Shown here: one piece after another, positions 61,475 through 64,000 of the stretch
Position numbering within the stretch: position 1 is the first letter of the stretch
Layout: each line of letters starts with the position of its first letter
NCBI GenBank assembly: GCA_043228905.1
Contig: JBHGNT010000021.1
Coordinates: 8,866,001 to 8,930,000 of the forward strand
DNA: 64,000 nucleotides
Reading direction: 5' to 3'
Source of the DNA: Azolla caroliniana
Taxonomy: Eukaryota; Plantae; Polypodiophyta
Notes under the pieces: model-generated
What the model was told of the DNA's origin: nothing
The model's database searches: none
Seen by the model: the letters and a program-made list of their open reading frames with translations, nothing else
Position numbers and translations under genes: made by a program

Positions 61475-62574
61475 TGTCGTGAAGATCCGTCACTACGCGC
61501 GGATCGTGAGGCGGAACTGCCGGGGTTTTGGACCGGAAGGATTGAAAGTCGGTACAAGCTTTGGCGAGAAAGTACTTAAGATAGATTGGGAAAGAGAGAA
61601 GTTGAGATTAAACGATTGAGAGAGATTGATTGAACTTTTATCTTTGGATTTAAGAAACAAGTTACACCATCAATTTGATAACAAATTTCTTCTTCTTAAT
61701 TTCATAAAAAAAAAACGTGTTTTTTCTCCTCCCCCTTCCTTCTTTTATAGATGCTCTCATGCATATGATGCATGTGAGGGTACAAGACATGCATAAAATG
61801 CATGTTTGCCATTTGGCGCTTATGTATTACATGTGGTGCATGATAACCATGTCACTCATTTTAGCTCTCATGTATGAGAATTTACATGTAAAAGTACAAT
61901 GATAGAAATATAAATTCAACTAAATGTCATGGCTTAATGGTAAGCCAATTGACTCCTAACTTGGAGGTGCAAGGTTCGAATCCTTACTTGCCCTCCTTGT
62001 AAATATATATATTCATATATTTATTCATCTAGTCACCGGACGCCGGTTCGTCGGATACCGTCGCCGGTTGTTGCAGGATATCGGTGCCGCCGTCGGTTAT
62101 ATTTATTCATCTAGTCACCGGACGCCGGTTCGTCGGATACCGTCGCCGGTTGTTGCAGGATACCGGTGCCGCCGTCGGTTACCGGTCCGGTTTTGGTTGG
62201 CCAAAACCATTTACGAGTAGCTAGCCCACCTCCACTCTTAGTTCAAGTTACCTTGAACTCTCTATGCTCCACACATAGACACAAAGATAATATCTTTTGC
62301 TCTACCTTATATATGATGAGAGCCGTATTTGTCGTGCCTATGTGGGATATCTCACAATTTTCTCTTTTCCTTTCACAAACTTTATACCCTCATATCTTGA
62401 CATTTAGTTGTCCGTTTCTTGTGTAATAAAGTGCATTCGAAACCTCCATCATTTTGTACTTAGATATTAAATTTATTTAAAATGTTATCTTCACAATTAT
62501 TGTATTATGTGATTCATACTCGATTTCGTACGTTTTATGGGATTTTCACACTATTGCCGAAAATCTTCACGACA
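61475..62574 (-). repeat. Second, related solo LTR nested in the first
   Basis: Perfect 12-bp terminal inverted repeat TGTCGTGAAGAT/ATCTTCACGACA. TSD CCGT at 61471-61474 and 62575-62578. The first ~65 bp resemble 60859. Reverse TATA near 61745. An ~82-bp internal duplication lies at ~62017-62180. Confidence 0.85.
61923..61995 (+). pseudogene. tRNA-Arg(CCT)-like relic or SINE-head-like sequence
   Basis: A box TGGCTTAATGG at 61930-61940, D stem GCTT/AAGC, CTCCTAA loop, B box GGTTCGAATCC at 61973-61983 with T stem. The acceptor and anticodon stems do not pair. Confidence 0.55.
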
Positions 62575-63499
62575 CCGTATGTGTGTCGCAACCGAACCGT
62601 AGACGTGTCCGCGCGCAAAAGTCCTGACCGTGTAGTGTACGCATCCACGCATGCGCACGTCTCAACCGCGCCGTAGTGTACGCATCCACACATGCGCGCA
62701 TCCCGACCACTCCGTGTACGCATCCACGCACTCGTCCGCACACACGCGTCCATCCGAAACATCCACGCGTACGCTCAAAACTTGCACACGCGCGTACATC
62801 CGAAGACGTCCATGCGCGCGTACATTTGAAAACGTCCATGCGGCCATGCACACGTGCATACACCCAAAGCGTTAAACACAATCGTGCATATGCGCGTACA
62901 CCCAAAGCGTGCGCACCACACAATGTAGCCCAAGTCACCTTGAACATCCTGTGCTCCACACGTTGATCGAATGAATATATTTTGGTTTCCCTTATATATC
63001 CTGGGTTCCAATGTTGTCCTATCTATGTGGGATATCTCAAAGTTTTGTCTTTTCTTTCTTCTTCTTCAAACTTTACACCCACATAACTTGATACTTGTTT
63101 ATCCGTTTCATGCGTAGTAAAATACGCTATGAAGCTCTTGAAGACATTTATCTATATGAATACATTAAGCTAATCTTAAATAATTGTTTTACTAGTTTTC
63201 ATATCATGTGTGAAAAACACACGACATTTATCTATATGAATACATTAAGCTAATCTTAAATAATTGTTTTACTAAGTTTCATATCGTGTGTGAAAAACCA
63301 TACGACAATGGTCGTAATCACATTGTATCTTGGACAAACTAGATTTAGGACAATTCTGTAAATATGTCAAAGGGTACTTGCCCTAGCCTAGTCAGTATAT
63401 AAGGGACTTTGTAACCTAGTTTGTTGTTGTTGCTATTGTTAGAGAGTTGCCGCCACCATTGCAATAACCAATTTCTCTCTCTCTCTCTCTCTCTCTCTA

Positions 63500-64000
63500 T
63501 GTTATGGGCATGACCATATAATATCCCGTGGTGAGAATTTACCGTAGTATTCTATACACGTGGATAAGTTTGAGGGTTAAACGAGAAAGTAAAGAAGGGG
63601 AGGATTACTTTTAATCCTTGGGATTGAGACAACCCATTAGGCCAAGTGTGAACTTGCCTGGGGCCCTTGGGTATTGCTATAAATAAGAGACCTAGCTACC
63701 CTCATTTCATCTTTCTTTTGGCTACATCGAGACTTTGTTCTTGTGGTGGGTCAACTCTTGTAGCGAGTGCGCCAGCACCAGGTACGACTCGACACCACAA
63801 AGGTGGTATGGGACGCCGATCGAGGCTCGAGTCCGTCTCGATCCCTTCACTTGGGGGTGGTCGGGTGGATCAACAACCTTCTTTCTCTCTTTCCTCTCTA
63901 TCTAGATCTATCATTTATCCTTATCCTTTGCTTACATTAGTACATATCTCTAATAGTTGGTATCCGAGCTCATGTTCTAATGTTTCTTTTGTTATCTTTG
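63500..64000 (+). mobile_element. Start of another LTR element (5' LTR plus iMet-like PBS), inserted in the Copia D 3' LTR
   Basis: TGTTATGGG at 63500, TATAAAT near 63678, LTR end near 63955, PBS TGGTATCCGAGC at 63958-63969. Confidence 0.7.

Larger units (their letters stand above)
60859..63307 (-). repeat. Solo LTR (Trp-Gypsy-related) inserted in the 3' LTR of Copia D
   Basis: TGTTGTG...TACGACA with 4-bp TSD ATGG at 60855-60858 and 63308-63311. No coding signal. It contains a ~21-bp array (~61300-61408) and an 80-bp terminal duplication (63144-63307). Confidence 0.8.
34685..63499 (+). mobile_element. Ty1/copia D, degenerate; host to F, A2 and solo LTRs
   Basis: 5' LTR 34685-34990, PBS 34993-35004, gag from 35633, protease LDSGASYH, integrase split at 37061/40369, RT ~41450-42400, RNase H split at 42720/60428, PPT. 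The 3' LTR starts at 60836, resumes at 63312 and is cut at 63500. Confidence 0.88.

Noticed and set aside
61475-62574. Ginger-like DNA transposon (TGT ends, 4-bp CCGT TSD)
   Set aside because: The inverted repeat is only 12 bp, and the sequence shares the U5 motif, TATA context and terminus with the Gypsy LTRs, so a solo LTR is the simpler reading.

Overview
This is eukaryotic land-plant genomic DNA, most likely from a fern or other seed-free plant (inferred from the retroelement types and gene divergence, not proven). A two-gene island at about 15.5-30.7 kb lies on the minus strand and holds a CREST/ceramidase-superfamily membrane protein and a NIT4-type nitrilase. Two deep nests of LTR retrotransposons flank it. 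The left nest (1-14806) has five layers: Gypsy G1 in Copia A1 in Copia B1 in Gypsy G2 in Copia B2. In the right nest (~30.8-64 kb), Copia E contains Copia D, and D contains four things: a 3.3-kb element F with apparently identical LTRs, Copia A2 (itself holding an intact Copia C and Gypsy G3), two nested solo LTRs, and a further LTR. The most notable observations are: (1) element F, a very young non-autonomous element whose single open ORF fuses a Gag C-terminal half to RT remnants lacking the catalytic palm; (2) a tRNA-Trp-primed Gypsy lineage with 4-bp TSDs and a conserved G GAT TTT-stop plus stem, a candidate -1 frameshift between Gag-PR and RT; (3) a ~200-codon in-frame tail after RNase H in Copia family A; (4) a tRNA-Arg-like Pol III cassette inside a Gypsy LTR. 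All boundaries and identity counts were read by eye.
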